39,237 bases of DNA, from positions 1 to 39,237 of the forward strand of contig JBBIUY010000028.1 in NCBI GenBank assembly GCA_037440005.1, written 5' to 3'. The notes beneath the pieces are model-generated. The model was not told where the DNA came from. It searched no databases and saw only the letters and a program-made list of their open reading frames with translations. The translations under genes were made by a program, and so were the position numbers. This document shows, piece by piece, positions 1 to 9,083 of the stretch (within the stretch, counting starts at the first letter, position 1; each line of letters opens with the position of its first letter). Source of the stretch: Armatimonadota bacterium (GTDB lineage Bacteria; Sysuimicrobiota; Sysuimicrobiia; Sysuimicrobiales; Kaftiobacteriaceae).

Positions 1-149
1 CCCTAGACCCCGCCTACAGGGGGACGGCCGCGCTGCGTGGAAACAAGCGGGCGGGACGCCGGCCCGGACCTCAGACCTCCCGCATGCACGGGGCCGACGT
101 CCGGTGTCGCGGTCTGCGGATCCAGAGGCGTCCACGGGGAGGTGGGAGC

Positions 150-1160
150 GTGCGCAGGGGTGTGGCCTACCTGCTGGCCGTGGCCATCACGGTGGCCGCG
201 GTGTCCTACACGGCGCTGGCTCAGCCCCGCAGCCGGGTGGAGACGGTGCGGGCGCGGGGCAAGCTGATCTGCGGGGTCTCGGGGGCGACCCCGGGCTTCT
301 CGTTCCCGGACCCGGTGTCCGGGCGGATGGTGGGATTTGACGCCGACTTCTGCTGGGCGGTGGCGGCGTTTCTGGATGTGCCCGACGTGGAGTTCGTCAA
401 CCTCACCTCGGCGAACCGGATTCCGGCCGTGGTCTCCGGATCGGTGGACGTGGTCTTCCGCACCACCACGGTCACCATCAGCCGCGACGACCAGGTGGAC
501 TTCGGGCCGGTGACCTTCTACGACGGCCAGCGGCTGCTGGTGCGGGCCACCTCGCGGATCGCGGGGCTGGACGACCTCAACGGCGCCCGCATCTGCGTCC
601 ACTCGGGCACCACCAGCGAGCGGAACATCACGGACCAGATGCGCCAGCGCGGGTTCCGGTTCCAGCTGATCACCTTCGCCGAGGCCAAGCAGGCGTTCGA
701 CGGCCTGGTGGCGGGCCGGTGCGACGTGTTCACCACCGACGCCAGCCAGCTGACCGCCTTCCGCGCCACGGCGCCCAACCCGGCGGACTTCAAGATCGTG
801 GGCAAGGAGTTCAGCGACGAGCCCCTGGCCCCCATGTACCAGGAGAACGACTCCAAGTGGGCCGACGTGGTGAACTGGACCGTCTGGGGCGTGATCCTGG
901 GCGAGGAGCTGGGCATCACCCAGGCCGTGGCCCGCGACGCCGCCCGGATCGCCGAGCTGTCGGGCCGGGATCCGGTGGTCAAGAACTTCCTGGAGATGAA
1001 GGGTGGGGCGATGCTGCGGGTGCTGCGGCTGGTGGGCAACTACGGAGAGATCTACGACCGGTACTTCGGCCCCCGGCAGAAGACGGCCATCGCCCGGGCC
1101 GGCACCCGCAACGACCTGGCCAGCCGGGGCGGCGCCATGACCAGCCGTCCCTTCCGATAA
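150..1160 (+). CDS. aapJ: Amino acid ABC transporter substrate-binding protein (AapJ/BztA-like)
   Basis: GTG at 150 after GGAGG. Signal peptide (RRGVAYLLAVAITVAAVSYTALA) and motifs GKLICGV, GFDADFC, DFGPVTFYDGQ, GTTSE, SDEPLAP, VGNYGEIY typical of general L-amino acid SBPs. Confidence 0.88.
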   Translation: MRRGVAYLLAVAITVAAVSYTALAQPRSRVETVRARGKLICGVSGATPGFSFPDPVSGRMVGFDADFCWAVAAFLDVPDVEFVNLTSANRIPAVVSGSVDVVFRTTTVTISRDDQVDFGPVTFYDGQRLLVRATSRIAGLDDLNGARICVHSGTTSERNITDQMRQRGFRFQLITFAEAKQAFDGLVAGRCDVFTTDASQLTAFRATAPNPADFKIVGKEFSDEPLAPMYQENDSKWADVVNWTVWGVILGEELGITQAVARDAARIAELSGRDPVVKNFLEMKGGAMLRVLRLVGNYGEIYDRYFGPRQKTAIARAGTRNDLASRGGAMTSRPFR

Positions 1161-1330
1161 GGGCCGCGGGAGCGGCCCCCTACATATCCCTCTCCCCGCG
1201 GGGGAGAGGGGAGGGTGAGGGGGCAGGAGGTACTGCCGAAGACGGAGTTCCCAGGTCGGTAAAGGCCGCGGCAGCGGCCGACCGCATGTCCCTCTCCCTG
1301 TGGGGGAGAGGGGGAGGGTGAGGGGGAAGG
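1158..1330. repeat. Two direct copies (~70 bp; 1158-1227 and 1260-1330) of a REP-like palindromic unit with a CCCTCTCCC..GGGAGAGGG core
   Basis: Manual alignment gives about 10 mismatches and 1 gap. Each copy has a GGCCGC-N4-GCGGCC hairpin and a CCCTCTCCC-loop-GGGAGAGGG hairpin followed by AGGGTGAGGGGG. Confidence 0.8.
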
Positions 1331-1360
1331 GGCGGGCTCCCGCTGACCGGAGCCCGCCCC
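1329..1360 (+). terminator. GC-rich 12-bp stem-loop (possible terminator or mRNA stabiliser) between the SBP and permease genes
   Basis: GGGGCGGGCTCC-cgctgacc-GGAGCCCGCCCC is a perfect inverted repeat. There is no U-tract, so its function is uncertain. Confidence 0.45.
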
Positions 1361-1392
1361 ACCCGGATCGCCGGGCAGCGGAAAGGGGTCAG

Positions 1393-2412
1393 ATGGCACA
1401 GCGGCCGGGAGATCGCAGGCCGCCGGTGTGGCGCAATACCCGGGTCCTGGCCGCGGCGGCCCAGGTGGTCGTCCTGGCGGTCGTGGCGGCCGGGCTGTGG
1501 GCGGCCACCCGGGCTCTGCGGGCCAGTTTCGCCCGCCAGAACATCCGCCTGGACTGGGGCGTGTTCTTCCAGCCGGCGGGCTTTGAACTCTCGGCCCTCA
1601 CCGTCACCCTGGACCTGCAGACCCTGCGCCTGAAGCCCTTCGAGCCCACCGACAGCAACGCCGAGGCGATCATCGCCGGCCTGTTCAACACCATCCAGGT
1701 GGCGGTGGTGGGCATCGCCCTGGCCACGGCTCTGGGCATCCTGGTGGGCGTGGCCCGGCTGTCCCGCAACTGGCTGGTGGCGCGGCTGAGCCTGGCCTAC
1801 GTGGAGATCCTCCGCAACACGCCGCTCCTGGTCCAGCTGTTCTTCTGGTACTTCGCCGTCTTCCTCCAGCTGCCCGACGGCTCCCCCGCCCACCCGCCCC
1901 TGCGGTGGGGCCCCGTGGTTCTGACCAACTCGGGCCTGGCGGTGGGCGGGGTGGTGGTGGAGCGCTTCGGACGCCTGGTGGTGGACGGAGGCTACCAGCT
2001 TCCCCCCGAGCTGGCCGCCCTGGTGGTGGGGCTGGCGGTCTACACCTCGGCGTTCATCGGCGAGATCGTCCGGGGCGGAATCCTGGCGGTGCCCCGGGGA
2101 CAGATGGAAGCGGCCCGCAGCCTGGGGCTGACCTACGGCCAGGCCCTGCGCCACGTGGTCCTGCCCCAGGCGTTCCGGATCATCATCCCGCCCCTGGGCA
2201 ACCAGTTCCTCAACCTGACCAAGAACAGCAGCCTGGCCATCGGGATCGGCTACGCCGAGGTCCTGACCGCCGCCAACACGGTCAGCAGCCAGTCGTTCCG
2301 GTCCCTGGAGGCGTTCACCGTGGTGACCCTGGCCTACCTGGCCCTGTCCCTGACCATCGCCGGCGCCCTGAACCTGGTGCGGACCCGGCTGGCCCTGCCC
2401 GGGTCCCTGTAG
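1393..2412 (+). CDS. aapQ: Amino acid ABC transporter permease (AapQ/BztB-like)
   Basis: ATG at 1393 after GAAAGGGG. Motifs [16 protein letters not shown] loop ([23 protein letters not shown]) and NLTKNSSLA. Confidence 0.88.
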   Translation: MAQRPGDRRPPVWRNTRVLAAAAQVVVLAVVAAGLWAATRALRASFARQNIRLDWGVFFQPAGFELSALTVTLDLQTLRLKPFEPTDSNAEAIIAGLFNTIQVAVVGIALATALGILVGVARLSRNWLVARLSLAYVEILRNTPLLVQLFFWYFAVFLQLPDGSPAHPPLRWGPVVLTNSGLAVGGVVVERFGRLVVDGGYQLPPELAALVVGLAVYTSAFIGEIVRGGILAVPRGQMEAARSLGLTYGQALRHVVLPQAFRIIIPPLGNQFLNLTKNSSLAIGIGYAEVLTAANTVSSQSFRSLEAFTVVTLAYLALSLTIAGALNLVRTRLALPGSL

Positions 2413-2423
2413 GAGGCCTCCCG

Positions 2424-3440
2424 GTGGCGACCCGCGTCGACGTCCTGGCCCCGCCGGCGGAGCGGCTCACCGTCCGGGAGTGGGCGCGCCGCAACCTCTT
2501 CGACGGGGTGGGCAACTCCCTGCTGACGGTCGCCACCGCCGCCGGGCTGCTGGCGGCCGCCGCGTCCCTGGCCCGGTGGGCGGCGCGCGCCCACTGGGCG
2601 GTGGTGACCGAGAACCTGCGCTTCTGGCTGGTGGGATTGATGCCGGTGGAAATGGTCTGGCGCGCCTACTGGGCCGGCGGGCTGGTGGCGGCCATGGGCG
2701 GGCTGACGGTGGTGGGCCTGCGGGCGCGGGTGGCCGGGCGGCGCCTGGCCGCGGCGTGGGTGGCCGTCCTGGTGGCCGCCGGGTGGGTGATGGGGCCGGT
2801 GCGGCTGGACCAGGTGGGCGGGCTGTACCTCACCCTGCTGCTGGCGGTGGTGGCCATCGGCGCGTCGTTCCCCATCGGGGTGGTGGTGGGGGTGGGGCGG
2901 GTGAGCCGCCTGCCGGTGGTCCGCCTGCTGGCCACGGTGTACATCGAGGTGATCCGGGGGGTCCCCTTCATCGCCGTCCTGCTGTGGTTCTCGGTGTTCG
3001 TCACCCTGCTGTCGGGAGACGCCCTGGGCCGGGTCCAGCGGGCCATGGTGGCCATGACCGTGTTCACCTCGGCGTACGTGGCCGAGATCGTCCGCGGCGG
3101 GATCCAGTCGGTGCCCCGGGGACAGGTGGAGGCGGCCCGGGCGGTGGGCCTGTCCGGGTGGCAGACCCTGCGCCACGTGGTCCTGCCCCAGGCCATCCGG
3201 AACATGATCCCCGCCCTGGTGGGGCAGTTCATCAGCCTGTTCAAGGACACGTCCCTGGCGGTCATCGTCGGGCTCAGCGAGCTGGTGGGCACCGGGCGGG
3301 CGCTGCTGGCCATCACCCGCTACCTGCACGACGTGCGGGAGGTGTACGTCTTCCTGCTGGCGGTGTACTTCGTCTTCACCTCGCTCCTGTCGGCGGCCAG
3401 CCGCCGGCTGGAGAAGGTGATGGGCCTGGGGGAGCGGTAG
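2424..3440 (+). CDS. aapM: Amino acid ABC transporter permease (AapM/BztC-like)
   Basis: GTG at 2424 after AGGAGG. Motifs [34 protein letters not shown] and [10 protein letters not shown]. Confidence 0.88.
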   Translation: MATRVDVLAPPAERLTVREWARRNLFDGVGNSLLTVATAAGLLAAAASLARWAARAHWAVVTENLRFWLVGLMPVEMVWRAYWAGGLVAAMGGLTVVGLRARVAGRRLAAAWVAVLVAAGWVMGPVRLDQVGGLYLTLLLAVVAIGASFPIGVVVGVGRVSRLPVVRLLATVYIEVIRGVPFIAVLLWFSVFVTLLSGDALGRVQRAMVAMTVFTSAYVAEIVRGGIQSVPRGQVEAARAVGLSGWQTLRHVVLPQAIRNMIPALVGQFISLFKDTSLAVIVGLSELVGTGRALLAITRYLHDVREVYVFLLAVYFVFTSLLSAASRRLEKVMGLGER

Positions 3441-3469
3441 CGGGCTATACTGAGGGGTGGGAGGACGGG

Positions 3470-4264
<795 letters not shown>

Positions 4265-4295
4265 CGACGCCCGAGGGCGGCGCCCCGCCGGGGCG

Positions 4296-4304
4296 TGCTA
4301 TAAT
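4296..4304 (+). promoter_or_regulatory. Extended -10 promoter element (TGCTATAAT)
   Basis: Perfect TGnTATAAT in a GC-rich intergenic gap about 40 nt before the next start. SD AAGGAG at 4329-4334. Confidence 0.7.
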
Positions 4305-4346
4305 CAGAAGCGACGCGCCCGCGTCAAAAAGGAGTGACCGTCGTCG

Positions 4347-5627
4347 TTGGACCCGTCGAGTAGCCCGTGGGGCTGGTTCCTGCTGGGCGTGCTGTTAGTC
4401 CTGTCGGCGTTCTTCTCGGGTTCTGAAACCGCCCTCCTGGCCGCCAACAGGCTCCGGCTGCGCCAGCAGCGGGACGCCGGCGACCCCCGCGCCGCCCGGG
4501 TGCTGCGCCTGCTGGAAGATCCGGGGCGGGTGCTGACGGCCCTGCTGGTGGGCAACAACCTGGTCAACATCGCGGCGTCGGTGCTGGCCGCCAGCCTGTT
4601 CGTGGACCTGCTGGGCATCCGCCGCGGTCCGTGGGCGGCCCTGGCGGCGATGGCGGTGGGCCTGCTCATCGTCAGCGAGATCACCCCCAAGACCTTTGCC
4701 GCCAAGCACGCGGACCGCTTGAGCCTGTGGGTCAGCCGTCCGGTGGCCGCGCTGACGGTGGTGCTGGCGCCGGTGATCCGGGCCCTGTCGGTGGTGAGCA
4801 ACCTGCTGGTGCGCCCCCTGGGCGGCCGGGTGGACCTGGCCTCCCCCCTGGTGACCGAGGAGGAGATCCGGCTGCTGCTGAAACTCGGCGAGGAGGAGGG
4901 GGTCATCGAGAAGGACGAGCGCCAGATGATCCACTCCATCTTCGAGTTCGGGGACAAGGTGGTCCGGGAGGTGATGGTCCCCCGCATCGACATGGTGTGC
5001 GTGGAGGACACCACCCCCCTGGAGGGCGTCCTGCGGGTGATCATCGAGGAAGGGCACTCCCGCATTCCCGTCTACCGGGAGACCATCGACCAGATCGTGG
5101 GCGTGGTGCACGTCAAGGACCTGCTCAGCCACATCCGGGCCGGGCACAACAGCCTCCCGGTGCGGGAGGTGATGCGGCCGGCGTTCTTCGTCCCCGAGAG
5201 CAAGCGGCTGGACGACCTGTTCCGGGAGATGCGCCGCAAGCGGACCCCCATGGCCATCGTGGTGGACGAGTACGGCGGCACGGCCGGCCTGGTGACGGTG
5301 GAGGACCTGCTGGAGGAGATCGTGGGGCCCATCCTGGACGAATACGACGTGGAGGAGAAGCTCTTCGAGCAGGTGGACGCCCGCACGGCGGTGGTGGACG
5401 GGCGCATGAGCCTGGAGGAGGTCAACGAGCTGATGGGCCTGGACCTGCCCACCGGCGAGGTGGACACGGTGGGCGGGTTCGTCTACGCCCTGCTCGGCCA
5501 CGTCCCCCAGCAGGGGGAGACGGTGACCGTCGGCGACGTGGAGATCGTGGTCGAGAAGCTGGAGGGGCACCGGATCGCCCGCGTCCGGATCAGCCGCAAG
5601 GTGCCGGCGGGTCCCCTGCGGCCGTGA
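4347..5627 (+). CDS. Hemolysin-family CNNM/CBS/CorC_HlyC membrane protein (probable Mg2+/Co2+ efflux)
   Basis: TTG start after AAGGAG. Motifs SAFFSGSETA, LLVGNNLVN, EITPK, VMVPRIDM, GHSRIPVY, VVDEYGGTAGLVTVEDLLEEIVG, plus a C-terminal CorC domain. Confidence 0.88.
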   Translation: MDPSSSPWGWFLLGVLLVLSAFFSGSETALLAANRLRLRQQRDAGDPRAARVLRLLEDPGRVLTALLVGNNLVNIAASVLAASLFVDLLGIRRGPWAALAAMAVGLLIVSEITPKTFAAKHADRLSLWVSRPVAALTVVLAPVIRALSVVSNLLVRPLGGRVDLASPLVTEEEIRLLLKLGEEEGVIEKDERQMIHSIFEFGDKVVREVMVPRIDMVCVEDTTPLEGVLRVIIEEGHSRIPVYRETIDQIVGVVHVKDLLSHIRAGHNSLPVREVMRPAFFVPESKRLDDLFREMRRKRTPMAIVVDEYGGTAGLVTVEDLLEEIVGPILDEYDVEEKLFEQVDARTAVVDGRMSLEEVNELMGLDLPTGEVDTVGGFVYALLGHVPQQGETVTVGDVEIVVEKLEGHRIARVRISRKVPAGPLRP

Positions 5628-5677
5628 GGCCGTTCCGCCCCCGCGGGGTCGCTGCGCCCGGGAGCGAGGGCCCGTAG

Positions 5678-6304
5678 ATGCGCGCTCGCCTGCGCCGCTA
5701 CTTCCTCACCGGCCTCATCGTCGTCCTGCCGTTCGCCGTCACCCTCAACGTCCTGCTGTGGGCGCTGCGGGTCTTGGACGGCCTGCTGGGCCAGATCTTC
5801 GTCCCCCTGATCGGCACCCGGATTCCCCTGCTGGGCCTATTGACCCTGCTGGCGGTGATCCTGCTGTCCGGCATGCTGGCCACCAACATGCTGGGCCGGC
5901 GGGTGGTGGAGGGGCTCGACCGGCTGATGCTGCGCATTCCCCTGGCCCGCAGCATCTACGCGGCCACCAAGCAGCTCAGCGACAGCCTGTTCCTGCAGCG
6001 GCGGGCCGCCTTCCAGCGGGCGGTGCTCATCGAGTGGCCGCGGCGGGGCGTGTACACGGTGGGGTTCGTGACGGGGGAGAGCGTGGGACAGACCCGGGCG
6101 GGGACCCGGGAGCGGGTGCTCAACGTGTTCGTGATCACCACGCCCAACCCCACCACCGGCTTTTTGGTGCTGGTCCCCGACGACCAGGCGCTCCCGCTGG
6201 AGATGACCGTGGAGGACGCCCTGAAGATGGTGATGTCGGGCGGGATCGTCACCGCTCCCCGGCCGCTGCCGGTGCCGGAACCGACGGTGGCGGAACGGCC
6301 GTGA
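5678..6304 (+). CDS. DUF502 domain membrane protein
   Basis: Motifs RRYFLTGLIVVLP, RIPLARSIY..KQ, TPNPTTGFL and MTVEDALKMVMSGG are characteristic of DUF502. Confidence 0.85.
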   Translation: MRARLRRYFLTGLIVVLPFAVTLNVLLWALRVLDGLLGQIFVPLIGTRIPLLGLLTLLAVILLSGMLATNMLGRRVVEGLDRLMLRIPLARSIYAATKQLSDSLFLQRRAAFQRAVLIEWPRRGVYTVGFVTGESVGQTRAGTRERVLNVFVITTPNPTTGFLVLVPDDQALPLEMTVEDALKMVMSGGIVTAPRPLPVPEPTVAERP

Positions 6305-6723
6305 GCCGCCGGGGAGATCGCGCACGGGAACTGGCGGCGCTGGTGCAGGCCGCCTCCGCCGCCCGGGAGCGCGCCTACGCCCCCTACTCGGGCTTTCGGG
6401 TGGGAGCGGCGGTGCGCACCGCCGACGGCGCCATCTACACCGGGTGCAACATCGAGAACGCGTCCTACTCCCTGTCCCACTGCGCCGAGCGGGTCGCCAT
6501 CCACCGGGCGGTGGCCGACGGCCACCGGCGTCTGGTGGAGGTGGCGGTGGTGGCCGACGGCCGGGAGCCGGCGATGCCCTGCGGGGCCTGCCGCCAGGTG
6601 ATGGCCGAGTTCGGGGTGCGGCGGGTGGTGGTGGCCACGCCCGCCGGCCGCGTGCGGGTGAGGTCCCTGCGCGCCCTGCTGGCCGAGCCGTTTTTGGCCG
6701 AGCGCCTTCTCAAACGGCGTTGA
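6301..6723 (+). CDS. cdd: Cytidine deaminase
   Basis: GTG overlaps the DUF502 stop (GTGA). Motifs AYAPYSGFRVGAA, GCNIENAS, CAER and PCGACRQ (zinc ligands). Confidence 0.93.
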   Translation: MSRRGDRARELAALVQAASAARERAYAPYSGFRVGAAVRTADGAIYTGCNIENASYSLSHCAERVAIHRAVADGHRRLVEVAVVADGREPAMPCGACRQVMAEFGVRRVVVATPAGRVRVRSLRALLAEPFLAERLLKRR

Positions 6724-6761
6724 AGGTTGGAGGTTGAAGGTTGGAGGTTGGAGGGTGAAGG
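6720..6761 (+). repeat. Heptanucleotide tandem repeat (K TG R AGG) x6
   Basis: TTGAAGG TTGGAGG TTGAAGG TTGGAGG TTGGAGG GTGAAGG, read directly between cdd and era. Confidence 0.9.
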
Positions 6762-6783
6762 AGCAAGCGGCGGCGTTGGAGCG

Positions 6784-7707
6784 GTGAATCGTCCTGCTCC
6801 CGAATCCGAGACTCCCGCCCCCGGACACCGGTCCGGCTTCGTGGCCGTCGTGGGGCGTCCCAACGTCGGCAAGTCCACCCTGGTCAACCGTCTGGTGGGA
6901 CAGAAGGTGGCCATCACGGCCCCCGTGCCCCAGACCACCCGCAGCCGGCTGGCCGCCGTCCTGACCCTGCCTCACGCGCAGCTGGTCTTCGTGGACACCC
7001 CGGGCCTGCACCGGCCGCGGCACCGGCTGGGGCAGTGGATGGTGGACACCGCCGTCCGGGCGCTGGGCGACGCCGACGCGGTGGTGTGGGTGGTGGATGC
7101 GGCCGAGGGCGTGACCGACGAGGACGTGGAGGTGGCCGCCCGGGTGCGGACGCTGTCGGCGCCGGTGGTGGCGGTCCTCAACAAGGTGGACCGGGCCGCC
7201 CCGGCCGCCCTGGCCGCCGCCCGGGAGCGGATCGAGGGCCTGGGGTCGTGGACGGCGGTCCTGCCAGTCTCCGCCCTCACCGGCGCCGGGCTGGACCGGC
7301 TGGTGGAGGTCCTGGTGGGGGCGCTGCCCCCCGGCCCCCGGTACTTCCCGCCCGACATGGTGACCGACCAGCCCGAGCAGTTCCTGGCCCGGGAACTGAT
7401 CCGGGAGGCGGCCATCCACCTGACCCGGGAGGAAGTCCCCCACAGCGTCGCCGTGGAGATCGAGGAGTTCACCCCGCGGGAGGGCTCCGACGTGGTCTAC
7501 ATCCGGGCCACCCTGCACGTGGAGCGGGACTCCCACAAGAAGATCCTCATCGGCCGGGACGGCCGCCTGCTGCGAGAGGTCGGCCGGCGGGCGCGGGAGG
7601 AGATCGAGGCGCTGCTGGGCCGCCGGGTCTACCTGGACCTGTGGGTCAAGACCACCCCCCGCTGGCGCGACCAGGACGCCGTGGTCAGGCGCCTGTACCC
7701 TCAGTGA
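6784..7707 (+). CDS. era: GTPase Era
   Basis: G1 GRPNVGKST, PQTTR, DTPG, NKVD, EEVPHS and a KH domain (KILIGRDG). The GTG start at 6784 is approximate. Confidence 0.95.
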   Translation: MNRPAPESETPAPGHRSGFVAVVGRPNVGKSTLVNRLVGQKVAITAPVPQTTRSRLAAVLTLPHAQLVFVDTPGLHRPRHRLGQWMVDTAVRALGDADAVVWVVDAAEGVTDEDVEVAARVRTLSAPVVAVLNKVDRAAPAALAAARERIEGLGSWTAVLPVSALTGAGLDRLVEVLVGALPPGPRYFPPDMVTDQPEQFLARELIREAAIHLTREEVPHSVAVEIEEFTPREGSDVVYIRATLHVERDSHKKILIGRDGRLLREVGRRAREEIEALLGRRVYLDLWVKTTPRWRDQDAVVRRLYPQ

Positions 7708-7814
7708 CGGAAAAGGCGATCTCTATTCCTCCGCGGCGGGAGGGTTCCCGCCGGCCGGCGGTAATTCTACGGTGACAAGGACGCGGGTCTCATCCGCCGC
7801 GCGGGGGTGCCGGC

Positions 7815-9083
7815 GTGTACCTCAGCAACCTCGTCCACGCTCCCATCGTCGACGCCGAGGGTGTCCGCCTGGGGGTGCTGGGGGATGTGGCGGTGGATCT
7901 GCGGGAGGCCCTGCCGCGGGTCACCGGGTTGTGGATGCGGGGAGACCGCAGCAAAGTGGCGCTGATCCCCTGGGAGGCCGTGGACCGCCTGGCCCCCGGG
8001 CAGGTGCGGCTGCGGGTCGCCCGCCGCCACCTCCAGCCCCGGCCCCTGCAGCCCGACGAGATGCTGCTGGGGGACCTGATGGACACCCAGGTGGTGGACA
8101 CCGACGGGCTGAAGGTGGTCCGGGTGAACGACCTGCAGCTCTCCCGCGCCGACGGAGACCTGCATCTGGTGGCCGTGGACGTGGGGACCGCCGGTCTGCT
8201 GCGGCGCCTGGGCCTGGAGGGCCTGGCCCGGCGGGCGGCCCGCTGGCTGGGCCGGCCGCTTCCCGAGCGGCTGATTCCCTGGACGATGGTGGCCGCCTTC
8301 GGGGGACCGCAGACCCCGGTGCGGCTGAGCATCTCCCGGCAGAGGCTGCGGGAGATCCACCCGGCCGACCTGGCGGCGCTCATGGCCGACCTGGACCGGG
8401 ACGAGCGGGTGGAGGTGATGACCACCCTGGACCACCAGCGGGCCGCCCGGGCGCTGGCGGAGGCCGAGCCGCAGGTGCAGGCCGACGTGATCCGCAGCCT
8501 GCCCGCCGACCTGGCGGCCGACATCCTGGAGGAGATGGCCCCCGACGACGCCACCGACGTCCTCACCGACCTGCCCGCCGACCGGGCCCAGGAGCTCCTC
8601 AGCCGCATGGCCCCGGAGGAGGCCCGTGACGTCCGGCAGCTCCTCCAGTACCCCGAGGGGACCGCCGGCAGCGTGATGACCACCGAAGCCATCGCGCTGC
8701 CCCAGGACCTGACGGTGGAGCAGACCCTCCAGCGGCTGCGCCACCGGGCTCCCCAGGCCGAGCACATCTACTATCTGTACGTGGTGGACGGCGCCGGCCG
8801 CCTGGTGGGGGTCCTGCCCCTGCGGGCGCTGATCGTCGCCGGGCCGGACACTCCCATCTCCGAGATCATGAGCCGCCAGGTGGTCACCCTGCATCCCGAC
8901 GACGACCTGGAGACGGTGGCCGCGGCGCTGACCACCTACGACCTGCTGGCGCTGCCGGTGGTGGACCCCGAGGGCCGCCTGCTGGGCGTGATCACGGTGG
9001 ACGACGTCATGGACGTGGTTCTGCGCAAGGGGCGCCGGCGGGTGCCGCCCCGCTTTCGCCGGCGCGCCCGGAGGCGCCGGTGA
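7815..9083 (+). CDS. Soluble MgtE-like protein (PRC-barrel-like + MgtE_N + CBS pair) without the transmembrane domain
   Basis: HPADLA, EMAPDDATD, LLQYPEGTAGSVMTTE, IYYLYVVD, YDLLALPVVD and GVITVDDV match the MgtE cytosolic region. DTQVVDTDG.KVVRVNDL is PRC-like. The protein ends with no hydrophobic helices. Confidence 0.85.
   Translation: MYLSNLVHAPIVDAEGVRLGVLGDVAVDLREALPRVTGLWMRGDRSKVALIPWEAVDRLAPGQVRLRVARRHLQPRPLQPDEMLLGDLMDTQVVDTDGLKVVRVNDLQLSRADGDLHLVAVDVGTAGLLRRLGLEGLARRAARWLGRPLPERLIPWTMVAAFGGPQTPVRLSISRQRLREIHPADLAALMADLDRDERVEVMTTLDHQRAARALAEAEPQVQADVIRSLPADLAADILEEMAPDDATDVLTDLPADRAQELLSRMAPEEARDVRQLLQYPEGTAGSVMTTEAIALPQDLTVEQTLQRLRHRAPQAEHIYYLYVVDGAGRLVGVLPLRALIVAGPDTPISEIMSRQVVTLHPDDDLETVAAALTTYDLLALPVVDPEGRLLGVITVDDVMDVVLRKGRRRVPPRFRRRARRRR

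Noticed and set aside
1158..1330. Possible mini-CRISPR array
   Set aside because: There are only two ~70-bp imperfect units, too long and too divergent for CRISPR repeats, and no cas genes are present.
7708..7814. M-box (Mg2+) riboswitch upstream of the MgtE-like/NRMT pair
   Set aside because: The gap is about 107 nt, shorter than an M-box aptamer, and I see no matching conserved sequence. An Infernal/Rfam scan would settle it.
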